Shown here piece by piece: positions 27,359-39,556 of a DNA stretch of 64,000 nt. The position numbers and the translations under genes were made by a program. Origin of the DNA: Octopus bimaculoides (Eukaryota). The notes under the pieces are model-generated. The model saw nothing but the letters and a program-made list of their open reading frames with translations. It was not told where the DNA came from and ran no database searches. The stretch's first letter is position 1; each line of letters opens with the position of its first letter. The stretch lies in the NCBI RefSeq assembly GCF_001194135.2, contig NC_069002.1:14863590-14927589 (forward strand). Direction: 5' to 3'.

Positions 27359-29182
27359 TAATTCTGGTTTTATTGGCCACAAGGGCTAATATAAATTTAA
27401 AACATGTCAGGACAAAGACAGGACGAAGGTTACAAAAGGTTTTGTCCGAAAAGAAGAAAACGTTCGTGTAAACAGAGGAAAAACAGAAAGATGTAACAAA
27501 TAAAATTCCCAATAGGGGGCGGCGCTTCGATAATAATAATAATAATACCTGCCTGATACCTTGTTTAATGCTCTGTGCAGTTCAACCAATATTGTTTACT
27601 AATTTCTATGTAAATAATAAGAAAGAAATATGCGAACTGTTTTGGTTGCGAAATACCAATTTAATTCTATTCATTATTGTATATTGGATTCCTCTTTCCC
27701 TTGTGCCAGAAGAATACCATGTTGAATTCTTTGAAATAGTTTTAACGAATTGCAATCAGAAAATAATATAAAGTAAAGAGTTTTGACTGACTCTAAAGTA
27801 ATTGCAAGTCCTTTCAGAGAGGGAGAGAGAGGGGAGGGAGAGAGAGAGGGGGGAGGGAGAGAGAGAGAGAGATTGACAGATGGAAGGAAAAATGGGCAGA
27901 TTGATGAATCAACCAGCTAAAATAGCATTGACTATGGTCCAGCAGGATCAAGACTCTCCTAATAACTGATAAACACTACCACTACCACTTCCACATCATC
28001 ATCACCACCACTACCACCATCAACAACAACAGCATTGCAGGTATCCTTTGTCTTTATATCTCTTACTTTGGAGGCGCAATGGCTCAGTGGTTAGGGCAGC
28101 GGACTTGCAGTCATAGGATCGTGGTTTCGATTCCCAGACCGGGCGTTGTGAGTGTTTATTGAGCGAAAACACCTAAAGCTCCACGAGGCTCCGGCAGGGG
28201 ATGGTGGCGAACCCTGCTGTACTCATTAATCCACAACTTTCTCTCACTCTTACTTCCTGTTTCTGCTGTACCTGTAATTCAAAGGGTCAGCCTTGTCACA
28301 CTGTGTCACGCTGAATATCCCCGAGAACTGCGTTAAGGTTACACGTGTCTGTGGAGTGCTCAGCCACTTGCACGTTAATTTCACGAGCAGGCTGTTCCGT
28401 TGATCGGATCAACTGGAACCCTCGATGTCATAAAGGACGGAGTGCCAACAGCAACAACATCTCTTACTAGTATGGATGTTGTTGCTGCTGTCCAGCCTGT
28501 GGTCAATCCTGAGTAGCCTTGTGCTCATTGGCCTTCCAACCATGACCATTTTTTTTTTTCAGCAGTGGGTAGTGGATATCTAGGGTTACATTATCTTACG
28601 TACTCCACCTCCTTTTTTCTGACAATGTTACCAAGAGCATTCAGGAAACCTTTTTCTGTAATGTGTAATAAAACAAATAGATAAACAAACAATAAGAAAA
28701 AAAAAGATATAATTAAAAACAAACATCTATATCATTCTGATATAGGAACTCATCAGACATTTTCATTTTGGCTTAAACAAGTGATTCCTTTCATGTTGGC
28801 CATTAAAAATTTGGCAAAAGCTCAAATTTCATGCTTTTCAAGTGATTGAAGACACAGTAAATTGCTCTTGTTTTCACTAAGCTGCTTGCTATGACATGAA
28901 AGAGGAAGTAGCTTTGTACTGGTTCTGTTTTACAAAAAAAGACAAGTACTAACTGACTTTGTTTTATAAACCTCGCACAAAAAAAAAAGACTAAAGAAAA
29001 GAAAACAAAAAAAAAGCAAAGAGAAATGGCTGCAAGGTATTCTATTTATTTATTTATTATAATTTTCCTATATTTAGTAACATGTGCGTGTGCATGTATG
29101 TGTCTGTACATATATATATATATATATATATATGCATCATCATCATCATCATCATCATCACATACATGTATATTTGTACATA

Positions 29183-29281
<99 letters not shown>

Positions 29282-29812
29282 GTNNNNNNNNNNNNNNNNN
29301 NNNNNNNNNNNNNNNNNNNNNNNNNNNNNNNNNNNNNNNNNNNNNNNNNNNNNNNNNNNNNNNNNNNNNNNNNNNNNNNNNNNNNNNNNNNNNNNNNNNN
29401 NNNNNNNNNNNNNNNNNNNNNNNNNNNNNNNNNNNNNNNNNNNNNNNNNNNNNNNNNNNNNNNNNNNNNNNNNNNNNNNNNNNNNNNNNNNNNNNNNNNN
29501 NNNNNNNNNNNNNNNNNNNNNNNNNNNNNNNNNNNNNNNNNNNNNNNNNNNNNNNNNNNNNNNNNNNNNNNNNNNNNNNNNNNNNNNNNNNNNNNNNNNN
29601 NNNNNNTGTGTGTATATATATATATATGTGTGTATATATATATATATGTGTGTATATATATATATATATGTGTGTATATATATATATATATATGTGTGTG
29701 TATATATATATATATGTGTGTGTATATATATATATGTGTGTGTATATATATATATATGTGTGTATATATATATATATATGTGTGTGTGTATATATATATA
29801 TATATGTGTGTG

Positions 29813-29847
<35 letters not shown>

Positions 29848-32800
29848 GTATGTTTATATATATATGTATATATATATGTATATGTATTTAAACATATGTA
29901 TATACTTAAGTGTGTGTGTGTGTATAACGTAATGGAATAGTGATTTAAAATCCAGGCAGGTACCTTATGGGCACTCTGATACAATCCAAATCTGGCTAAC
30001 CACATTGAAGGAAAGGGAACATTCAGAATTATTTAAGATAAACTATTAAACTGTTTTTCACTGTATAGGTAAGTCCTGAGTTTGCTTCACTGGATTTCAT
30101 ACATCATACAAAGTGTATAATCAAGACATCACATTATAAAGAAGAAAAGAGAATTATACATACCTTCAAAATTCATTTATTAAAGTATTTTCTGTATATT
30201 CCATTCTGACATGTGTTTCTGCTGGATAAGTGTCCTAGGGCCCTTTGATATAGCAGTTATGTGCATCTAGTTGGTGATCATTGCGGGAACATCAACAACA
30301 ATATCTGTAAATGCGGGCCAGTGAAGTACCTTTTATGCAATTGCCTTATCTGTTAAAAATAGCAGCCAAGTTTCTCTCAAGTGACACCCTTCTTCCTTAA
30401 CCCATTACTTACCAGTGATCTCATATGAGATCACTTAAAAATTACAAATTTCGTAATTACCTGTCAATATTTACACATATCTAACCTTTTTGCTATATCT
30501 ACTAGGTATATTTCTCTGATATTCAAATGAGGTTTGCTCATTTTTCACCCAATATCTCGCTTATTTCTATTTAAAATGTTATTTTGAAATGTTATTTTGA
30601 TCATTCCAGCGTGTTTCTAAGGCTGTTTCATGCTAGAAATCAAGGTTTCATAAAAAAATTCCAGTTAATAGAATTATGGGAGGTAATGGGTTAAAGTGTG
30701 ATGTATACATAAGATGATATAGTCCTTGATAACCCTAAAAGGATCAGATGGTGAAGACAGAGGTGTCTCTGACAAACCTGCTCAATGACTGTCAACTTAA
30801 GGCTAAATTACAACAGCAGCAACTTCAGTCGCTGATAATGAAGATGTTTCTTGTAGAAGCACAAGGTCCAGAATTTTGGGAGATTATATATTGGATTAAA
30901 GATGCAGAACTTATTGCATTGAACTCATAAGTCTGAAGGGCAGAGTTATTCATGTCAGTGTCTTAATATAAAACAACAGATATGTTTATTAAAATCTAAT
31001 AACTATGTTTCTTTCTTAATTCTTTTTGCATTCTTGTCCATAGGATATTTGTCAACCGAAGTCTGAATTTGAATAAGATCAAGTTCTTTGGATTTGATAT
31101 GGACTACACATTGGCAGGTAAGTGAAGATATCATGTGATAAATGTTTCTGTAAAAGGGATTGAGTAGTTAAAAGAGATGTACTGCATATCTTGACTCTTT
31201 AGCTTTGATGCCTCTGCTTTGACTCTTCTACTATGACTCCTCTGCTTTGACTCTTCTACTATGACTCCTCTGTTTTGACTCTTCTGCTATGACTCCTCTA
31301 CTTTAACTCTTCTACTATGACTCCTCTGCTTTGACTCTTCTACTATGACTCCTCTGCTTTGACTCTTCTATTATGACTCCTCTGCTTTGACTCTTTTGAC
31401 TCTTCCAAAATTCTTTTTCCTTGACTTTTCTTTTGTGAATCTTCTGTTGTAACTCTTCTGCTGTGACTCTTCTACAGTTATTTTGCTGTGACTTTTCTGC
31501 TGTGAAACTTTTCCTATGACTCTTTTGTTGTAACTCTTTTGCTGTGACTTCTGCTGTGACACTTCTATTGTGATTCTTCTGCCATGACTTTCTGTGACTC
31601 TTCTACTATGACTCTTCTGCTGTGACTCTTCTGCTATAATGTCTGTTGTAACTCTTCTGCTGTGACTTTTCTGCTGTGAAACTTTTCCTATGACTGTTTT
31701 GTTGTAACTCTTTTGCTGTAATTTTCTTGCTGTGACTCTTCTACTATGACTCTTCTATTGTGACTCTTCTGTTATGACTCTTTTCTTTTTTTATTTAAAG
31801 TTGTCTTTAACTTCATTTTTATTGTGTAATCCATTTTGCCTCCTTGCTCAGTGTACAAGTCGCCAGACTATGAATCAATGTGTTTTGAAGAACTTAAAAA
31901 GAGACTTATTAACATTGGCTACCCTAAAGCAATCAAAGAATTTAAATATGACCCATCATTTCCCGTCAGGTGAGAGGAAATCCTTGGATACTTTTTTAAA
32001 TGGTTTTAGTGCTTCATTGTTGCATTATTACTTTGTTTTATTAACAAGTGTTACATTGATATTATTTTTTTCCATGCTCAGTCTTGGAGAGCCTGCAAAG
32101 GCCATGGGCACTGCCCTGTCTCCTGACTATAAAAACAAAGGTAAGGAAATAAACATGTTTAGATATGTCTTATTATTGTTGTTGTTGTTGTTTTTTTGCT
32201 GTTGTTTAACCCATGGTCAGTCCTGATTGAACAGACTGATAATCAAAGGTGTTCCAGTTGTGACCATCCAGCTTGGATGAATTTCAAATGTAATCAAAAA
32301 GACCACCCTTGTTACGCATGCACTGTCATACTAGTTACTGTCATGCAGTTATATTCAGGCTTCACATGTTAGTGGATTACTCAGCCACATACATGCTAAT
32401 TCAAAGAACGAATAGTTCAGATAAGTGAACAATCGTCATCATCATCATCATCATCATCATTGTTTTAACATCCACTTTTCCATACTTGTATGGGTTGGAT
32501 GGAGTTTACTGAGGCAAATGTTTGATGGCCAGAAATGGTTTTGCAGAATATTGGAAATTAATGATACTGTTTACAACAATCATGCAATGTCAAGACAAGG
32601 ACACACACACACACACACACACACACATATGTATACATCTGTACATACACATATATGTACCTTCACACACATACACATGTTAATATAGGGTTTAGATTTA
32701 GAGTGGATTAATGGGTCTAATACATGTTCAGTTTGTTCTATTGAAAAACTGTATCAAAAAATCTTGAGAACCTCTAAGGTTCTCTGAGGAATGAGAATTT

Positions 32801-33103
32801 GCTTGTATATCTGCATTTCAGAAAATATATCTCCTTGGAAATTCAAGAGTAGACCACCAGACATGGTAAACCATTAACATCTGGTTTATGTCTGCTTGAC
32901 ATTGAATTATTGTAATGTTGGTTACCTCCCTTGCGGTTTTCCTTTCTGCCTTCTGTACGAGCATCTCTTGTTTAATCATTATTTGTTCAAAGGACAACTG
33001 ACAAACGATCTTGTTTTCTGTTTGATAAATAACAGAATGAATTATTATTTCAACCAGGAAACCGTGGGTTGCTGTAATTACGAGATTTGTGGTTTTGAAA
33101 GAT

Positions 33104-33158
<55 letters not shown>

Positions 33159-36113
33159 ATATATATTCTTTTACTCTTTTACTTGTTTCAGTTTTTTGAC
33201 TGTGGCCATGCTGGAGCACCGCCTTTAGTCGAGCTATATGTATATATATATATATATATATATTATGTAAGTAAGAATCAAAGTTAGGCAAATCAAGCTC
33301 ACATATACATTTATTCAGCCCTAGACCTAACATGAATGAATTTCTTTAAAAGTATGTTTAATACATCAAACATATCAAAAATATGTAGATATATAAAAAT
33401 ATATAGAGTAATCAATACATTAAAAATATACATATAAAAATATATGAATATATAGATATATACATTAAAAATATATTGCAAAATAAATATATATATATTG
33501 GTTGACTTACAGATTATGAAATGAAATCATAAAAGGAGTTAAGAGTCTAGAAGATAAAAAGTTTGGGTGTTAATAATCCAGTTAATAATCCTACAGCTGT
33601 TTCTGGTGGTCCGGTTGTCCAGTCATATAAAATATATTTACATCCATTATTGGACATCACCTCCTTTGTCAGGGAAAAATTAATTTCTAAAAAAGCTCAC
33701 ATGTACTGCATTTTTCTAATTACCTACTGAGTGTTTTTATTGAGCTATATGCAAAAAAAAAGAACAGGAAGTGGAAGTGTTTTTGAATGGTTGGAAGAGA
33801 TACAATGCATGATAAGATAAGGCTACTGATGGCTCTATAAAGGGAGGGAAGTGTTATTTTATTTTTCAGAAAAAGTTTCAATGGGTGTAGAAGCTGGTTT
33901 TCAACTCCATCCAGAATCATAATGCATAAATGTTGAGTAAAACCTATGTTTACATTTGCATTTGCCTATTGTTGTATTATCAGGGGGAGCTACTTTTATT
34001 ATGGACCAAGCCAGTATATATTGTATATTTTGTCATTTAAGATTTTGTATGTGTGTAGCTAATGATGTCAAGAATTTGGATTTTGTCTTAGTGAAAAAAT
34101 GTAAGTGAGCTCAAAATCGATACTTAAAATCTATGGTACTGCCTATACAGGTCTTTCAAATTGATTTTTATCTTTGAGTTAGTGTAACCAGGTAATGACA
34201 TCACCAGTTGAGTTCCATAGAGGGAGTTCAACATTAGCTCTAACATGAGGAACAATATGATCTATTATATATTTACTAATTTTGCCTAAATTTGACTTTG
34301 TGGGACAAATGAGTCAGGTGGAGAGTTTAGAGAGGAAATTAAGCTTGTGGTCTTCAAGAGTAAGATGAGGAGTTTTGAGTTCATATTGTTCAGTTCTGTT
34401 TAATAAATTCAGATCTGCAATATGCTTATGATGTGTATCTTTAATATCATCGAGTGCATTTCTATGTGCTTGTTTATAGTTAGTGTTTAACTCCTTTAAT
34501 ATTAAATTGTTGTATGTTTCCAAAGGTAAGGAGTGGAGGTTTCCAGTTTTATCAGAGAAAACATGTAAATTTGGTGAATATTTTAATTTTGATATAGTTT
34601 TGGAAAGCTTCTGGAATGAGCTAGTGTTATTAGGAAATTTAAAGTTTTTAATCATATGCATAAGATAATTTATTTTTCCTTGATGAAGACAGTAGTGTCC
34701 AATAATGGATGTAAATATCTTTTATATGACTGGACAACTGGACCCCCAGAAATGGTTGTAGGATTATTAACTAGATTATTAACACTCAAACTTTTTATTT
34801 TCTAGACTCTTAACTCTTTTTATGATTTTGTTTTATAATCTATTAGTCGACCTATATATGTATTTATTTTGCAATATATTTTTAATGTATATATCTATGT
34901 TTTTCAGTTCTCTATTTAAGAAATGAGGAATTATGTACGTTATTTACATTATTTACATTTGACGGATATTTGTCCTTATCTTGTTTGTTGTTAACACAAC
35001 GTTTCGGCTGATATACCCTCCAGCTTTCTTCAGGTGTCTTGGGGAAATTTTGAATCTGGGTTCTCATTCCTAAGGTATTTTTCGATGTTATTATTACTAT
35101 TATTGTTAGTGTTCAGGTCACTGTTTGGAATCAAACTCGGAATCTTGGGGTTAGTAGCCTACGCTCTTAACCACTACGCCATATGCCCGTGGAATATGGC
35201 GTTGTGGTTAAGAGCGTGGGCTACTAACCCCAAGATTCCGAGTTCGTTTCCAAGCAGTGACCTGAACACTAACAATAATANNNNNNNNNNNNNNNNNNNN
35301 NNNNNNNNNNNNNNNNNNNNNNNNNNNNNNNNNNNNNNNNNNNNNNNNNNNNNNNNNNNNNNNNNNNNNNNNNNNNNNNNNNNNNNNNNNNNNNNNNNNN
35401 NNNNNNNNNNNNNNNNNNNNNNNNNNNNNNNNNNNNNNNNNNNNNNNNNNNNNNNNNNNNNNNNNNNNNNNNNNNNNNNNNNNNNNNNNNNNNNNNNNNN
35501 NNNNNNNNNNNNNNNNNNNNNNNNNNNNNNNNNNNNNNNNNNNNNNNNNNNNNNNNNNNNNNNNNNNNNNNNNNNNNNNNNNNNNNNNNNNNNNNNNNNN
35601 NNNNNNNNNNNNNNNNNNNNNNNNNNNNNNNNNNNNNNNNNNNNNNNNNNNNNNNNNNNNNNNNNNNNNNNNNNNNNNNNNNNNNNNNNNNNNNTATATA
35701 TATATATATCAAGAATAATAATAAATGGAGCAAAACACATATAATCAATAAGTTCCTTTAATTCCTACATATGTTTCAAAAATTATGTGCACTCTACTCC
35801 AAAGAAGTGAGACGTGCTGGAATATGCACATAAATTAATATATATATATTAGAAGGTTTGGAGGTGATGTACAGCTATTATATATTAGTAAAAAAATAAG
35901 GTACTCAGAAATCTGGATGGTTGTACATTTACAGATTTTTATTAATATGTCACATGTTTTTATAAATCATATATTAGCGCTTTCATCTACTCTAATAGAA
36001 GAATCTATTAGAGTAAATGAAAGTGCTAATATGTGATTTATAAAAAACATGTGACATATTAATAAAAATCTGCAAATGTACAACCATCCAGATCTCAGAG
36101 TACCTTATTTTTC

Positions 36114-36150
<37 letters not shown>

Positions 36151-36312
36151 TCATCATCATCATCATCATCGTTTAACGTCCGCTTTCCATGCTAGCATGG
36201 GTTGGACGATTTGACTGAGGACTGGTGAAACCGGATGGCAACACCAGGCTCCAGTCTGATTTGGCAGAGTTTCTACAGCTGGATGCCCTTCCTAACGCCA
36301 ACCACTCAGAGA

Positions 36313-36354
<42 letters not shown>

Positions 36355-38836
36355 GCATACATGTGTGTATGTATGTATATATATATGTATACCTCTGTAT
36401 GTGTTTCTGTGTGCGAGTTCATATTTTCTCTCACCCACACATGTGTTCACTGACTGTAAACAACCACCTTGCAATTAAAACATGCACAGTCTGTTGCTTT
36501 CAGTTAACTGCCAAAGCATGTCTGAGCTTCTTGACATGTATGGGCATGTATGTATTTGGGAAAGAAAAGATTCATTGAAATGGTGTAATTTGTTTCCAGT
36601 TCACTGCATAAATATGTCTAGAGCGTTCTGTTCATTGTTTAAATAGGCTGAGGGATTGCTACCTCACTTGAGAACAAGCATAGTAGAGCAACAAGAATGA
36701 TATCTGGCCATAGGAAAATAACTTGCCCATACAGATCAGATTCTCTTAGGCCAGACCAAGCATGGAAAAAAATCAACATTAAGATAATGATGATGATAGT
36801 TGTGGTGGTGTTGGCAGTGGGAATGATGATGATGATGGTGATGGTGGTGGTGGTGGTGGTGGTGGTGGTATATTCTTTGTCTGCAAAAAGTGTGTTGAGC
36901 CAGTGCTAATCTGGGGTTAAATAACAGCAGTTCATGATAATCTAGTTAGTAATCCATTATTTCTCATTATTTTTAATTCTTTAATGGATTAAGTTTTTTT
37001 TTTTTTTTTCCTTTTCTGTATGTGCAAGCATGGCTGTGTGGTTAAAAAGATATGCTTCAAAACCACATAGTTTAGAGTTCAATCCCTCTACATAACACAT
37101 AGGTGAAGCATCTTCTACCATAGTTCTGGACTGACCAGTGAATTATGAGTGAATTTGATGAACAGAAACTGTGAGAGCCGATCATTTATGCATGTGTGTA
37201 TGTGTGTGTGTGTGTATGTGTGTGTGTATGTGCATTTGAGTTTGTCCTCTTTGTAATTACTCTTTACATAATACCTTTCGACAACCAGTGTTTCCTCATT
37301 TACCTACCTGTGACTTAGCAGTTCGTCAAAATACAGGCCAATAGGATACATACCAGACTTCAACAACAAAGACAGGATTTGATCCAACCTACCAATGATC
37401 CAACAAAGCCCCAAAATGGAAAACCTACTAAACAAACATTGCATAAAAAACAGTAAACGCCAAGAAAAAAACTTAAAAAAACACCTTACAAGAGCGAAAT
37501 TCTCAGCAGAGAATAAAACCGAATTCTACGTAAAAGAGTGTGGAGATGGTAGATGTGGAACCTGCAGCAACCCCATCTACAAATATATAGATGGGAACAA
37601 ACAGATAAAATTTAAGAGTGGTCGCACATTCAATGTAAATGCAGACATGAACTGCAAGACGCAGAATGTAATATACTGCATAACTTGCCCCACATGCAAG
37701 GAGAATTAAATAGGTGAAACTGGAAATTCCTTATGTCAATGAGCCAGAATTCACCGACAACATGTCCGACAGGAGGAACCACGGAAAATTCCACTGAGTG
37801 AACACCTAGGAACATGTGGGGAAGGAAAATTTAAGATCTTTCCCTTCTATAAATGCTCAAGAANNNNNNNNNNNNNNNNNNNNNNNNNNNNNNNNNNNNN
37901 NNNNNNNNNNNNNNNNNNNNNNNNNNNNNNNNNNNNNNNNNNNNNNNNNNNNNNNNNNNNNNNNNNNNNNNNNNNNNNNNNNNNNNNNNNNNNNNNNNNN
38001 NNNNNNNNNNNNNNNNNNNNNNNNNNNNNNNNNNNNNNNNNNNNNNNNNNNNNNNNNNNNNNNNNNNNNNNNNNNNNNNNNNNNNNNNNNNNNNNNNNNN
38101 NNNNNNNNNNNNNNNNNNNNNNNNNNNNNNNNNNNNNNNNNNNNNNNNNNNNNNNNNNNNNNNNNNNNNNNNNNNNNNNNNNNNNNNNNNNNNNNNNNNN
38201 NNNNNNNNNNNNNNNNNNNNNNNNNNNNNNNNNNNNNNNNNNNNNNNNNNNNNNNNNNNNNNNNNNNNNNNNNNNNNNNNNNNNNNNNNNNNNNNNNNNN
38301 NNNNNNNNNNNNNNNNNNNNNNNNNNNNNNNNNNNNNNNNNNNNNNNNNNNNNNNNNNNNNNNNNNNNNNNNNNNNNNNNNNNNNNNNNNNNNNNNNNNN
38401 NNNNNNNNNNNNNNNNNNNNNNNNNNNNNNNNNNNNNNNNNNNNNNNNNNNNNNNNNNNNNNNNNNNNNNNNNNNNNNNNNNNNNNNNNNNNNNNNNNNN
38501 NNNNNNNNNNNNNNNNNNNNNNNNNNNNNNNNNNNNNNNNNNNNNCAAAAAAACACACACTCACACACACTCTTTCTCTCTCTCACTTTTCCTCACCCTC
38601 TCTTACTATCCTATATATCTCTCTCTCTCTCCATCCCTACACACTCAATAAAACTATATAAAGAGACCCTCCGCAAAGTTTTCTCAAAACAATTTGAAAA
38701 TCCTGCACGACCAGGTGAAAAGCGCTTTATTTAATATGTGACATTAATAAAAATCTGTAAATGTACAAACATCCAGATTTCTGAGTACCTTAATTTTTTT
38801 CTATATAATTTCTGTACATCACCTCCAAACCTTCAA

Positions 38837-38869
<33 letters not shown>

Positions 38870-39091
38870 TGTTATACATATATATACAAATGTGTGTGTG
38901 TGTGTGTGTACATGTATATAGAATAACTGCTGCGCTTGTTGAGTATATAAACAGTTTGGCTGATTGTTTCTCTGAAGACTGTCAGAATGATGTGGACGCC
39001 TCTGATGACAACCCAATAAGGTTTGAAAATCGGTTTAAGGTCATTCATTGTTTTTTTTTTCAGTCTGCAGAGAAATGACTAAAATATGCCC

Positions 39092-39128
<37 letters not shown>

Positions 39129-39505
39129 CANNNNNNNNNNNNNNNNNNNNNNNNNNNNNNNNNNNNNNNNNNNNNNNNNNNNNNNNNNNNNNNNNNNNNN
39201 NNNNNNNNNNNNNNNNNNNNNNNNNNNNNNATAATTATAAACAGGGCATATTTTAGTCATTTCCCTGCAGACTGAAAATAATGATGAACCTTAATCAATT
39301 TTCGAGTTTTATTGGGTCCTCATCAGAGGCGTCCACACCATTCTGACAGTCTCCAGAGAAACAATCAGTCAAACTGTTTATATACTCAACAAATGCAGCA
39401 GTTACTCTATAAAGGAGTCCTTAATTTGCATACCAAAAGTGTTTAACACTCTATAAATACAAACGGCCTGTCAACGGGTATCTTAGTCCAAACAGTATCA
39501 AGGTG

Positions 39506-39556
<51 letters not shown>

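Noticed and set aside
28070-28145. tRNA-like sequences at SINE heads (also 6820-6892, 8552-8620, 19017-19110, 35194-35255, 55328-55400)
   Set aside because: A/B boxes are present, but each is fused to a multicopy SINE body and lacks a proper acceptor stem; not functional tRNA genes.
31203-31775. CRISPR-like appearance of the regular short repeats
   Set aside because: Units are contiguous with no unique spacers, there are no cas genes, and the context is a eukaryotic intron.
33650-33700. Possible hammerhead in the 250-bp PLE inverted repeats (CTGACAAAGG / TTGATGAAGA)
   Set aside because: Neither copy retains both CTGANGA and GAAA; too degenerate to call.
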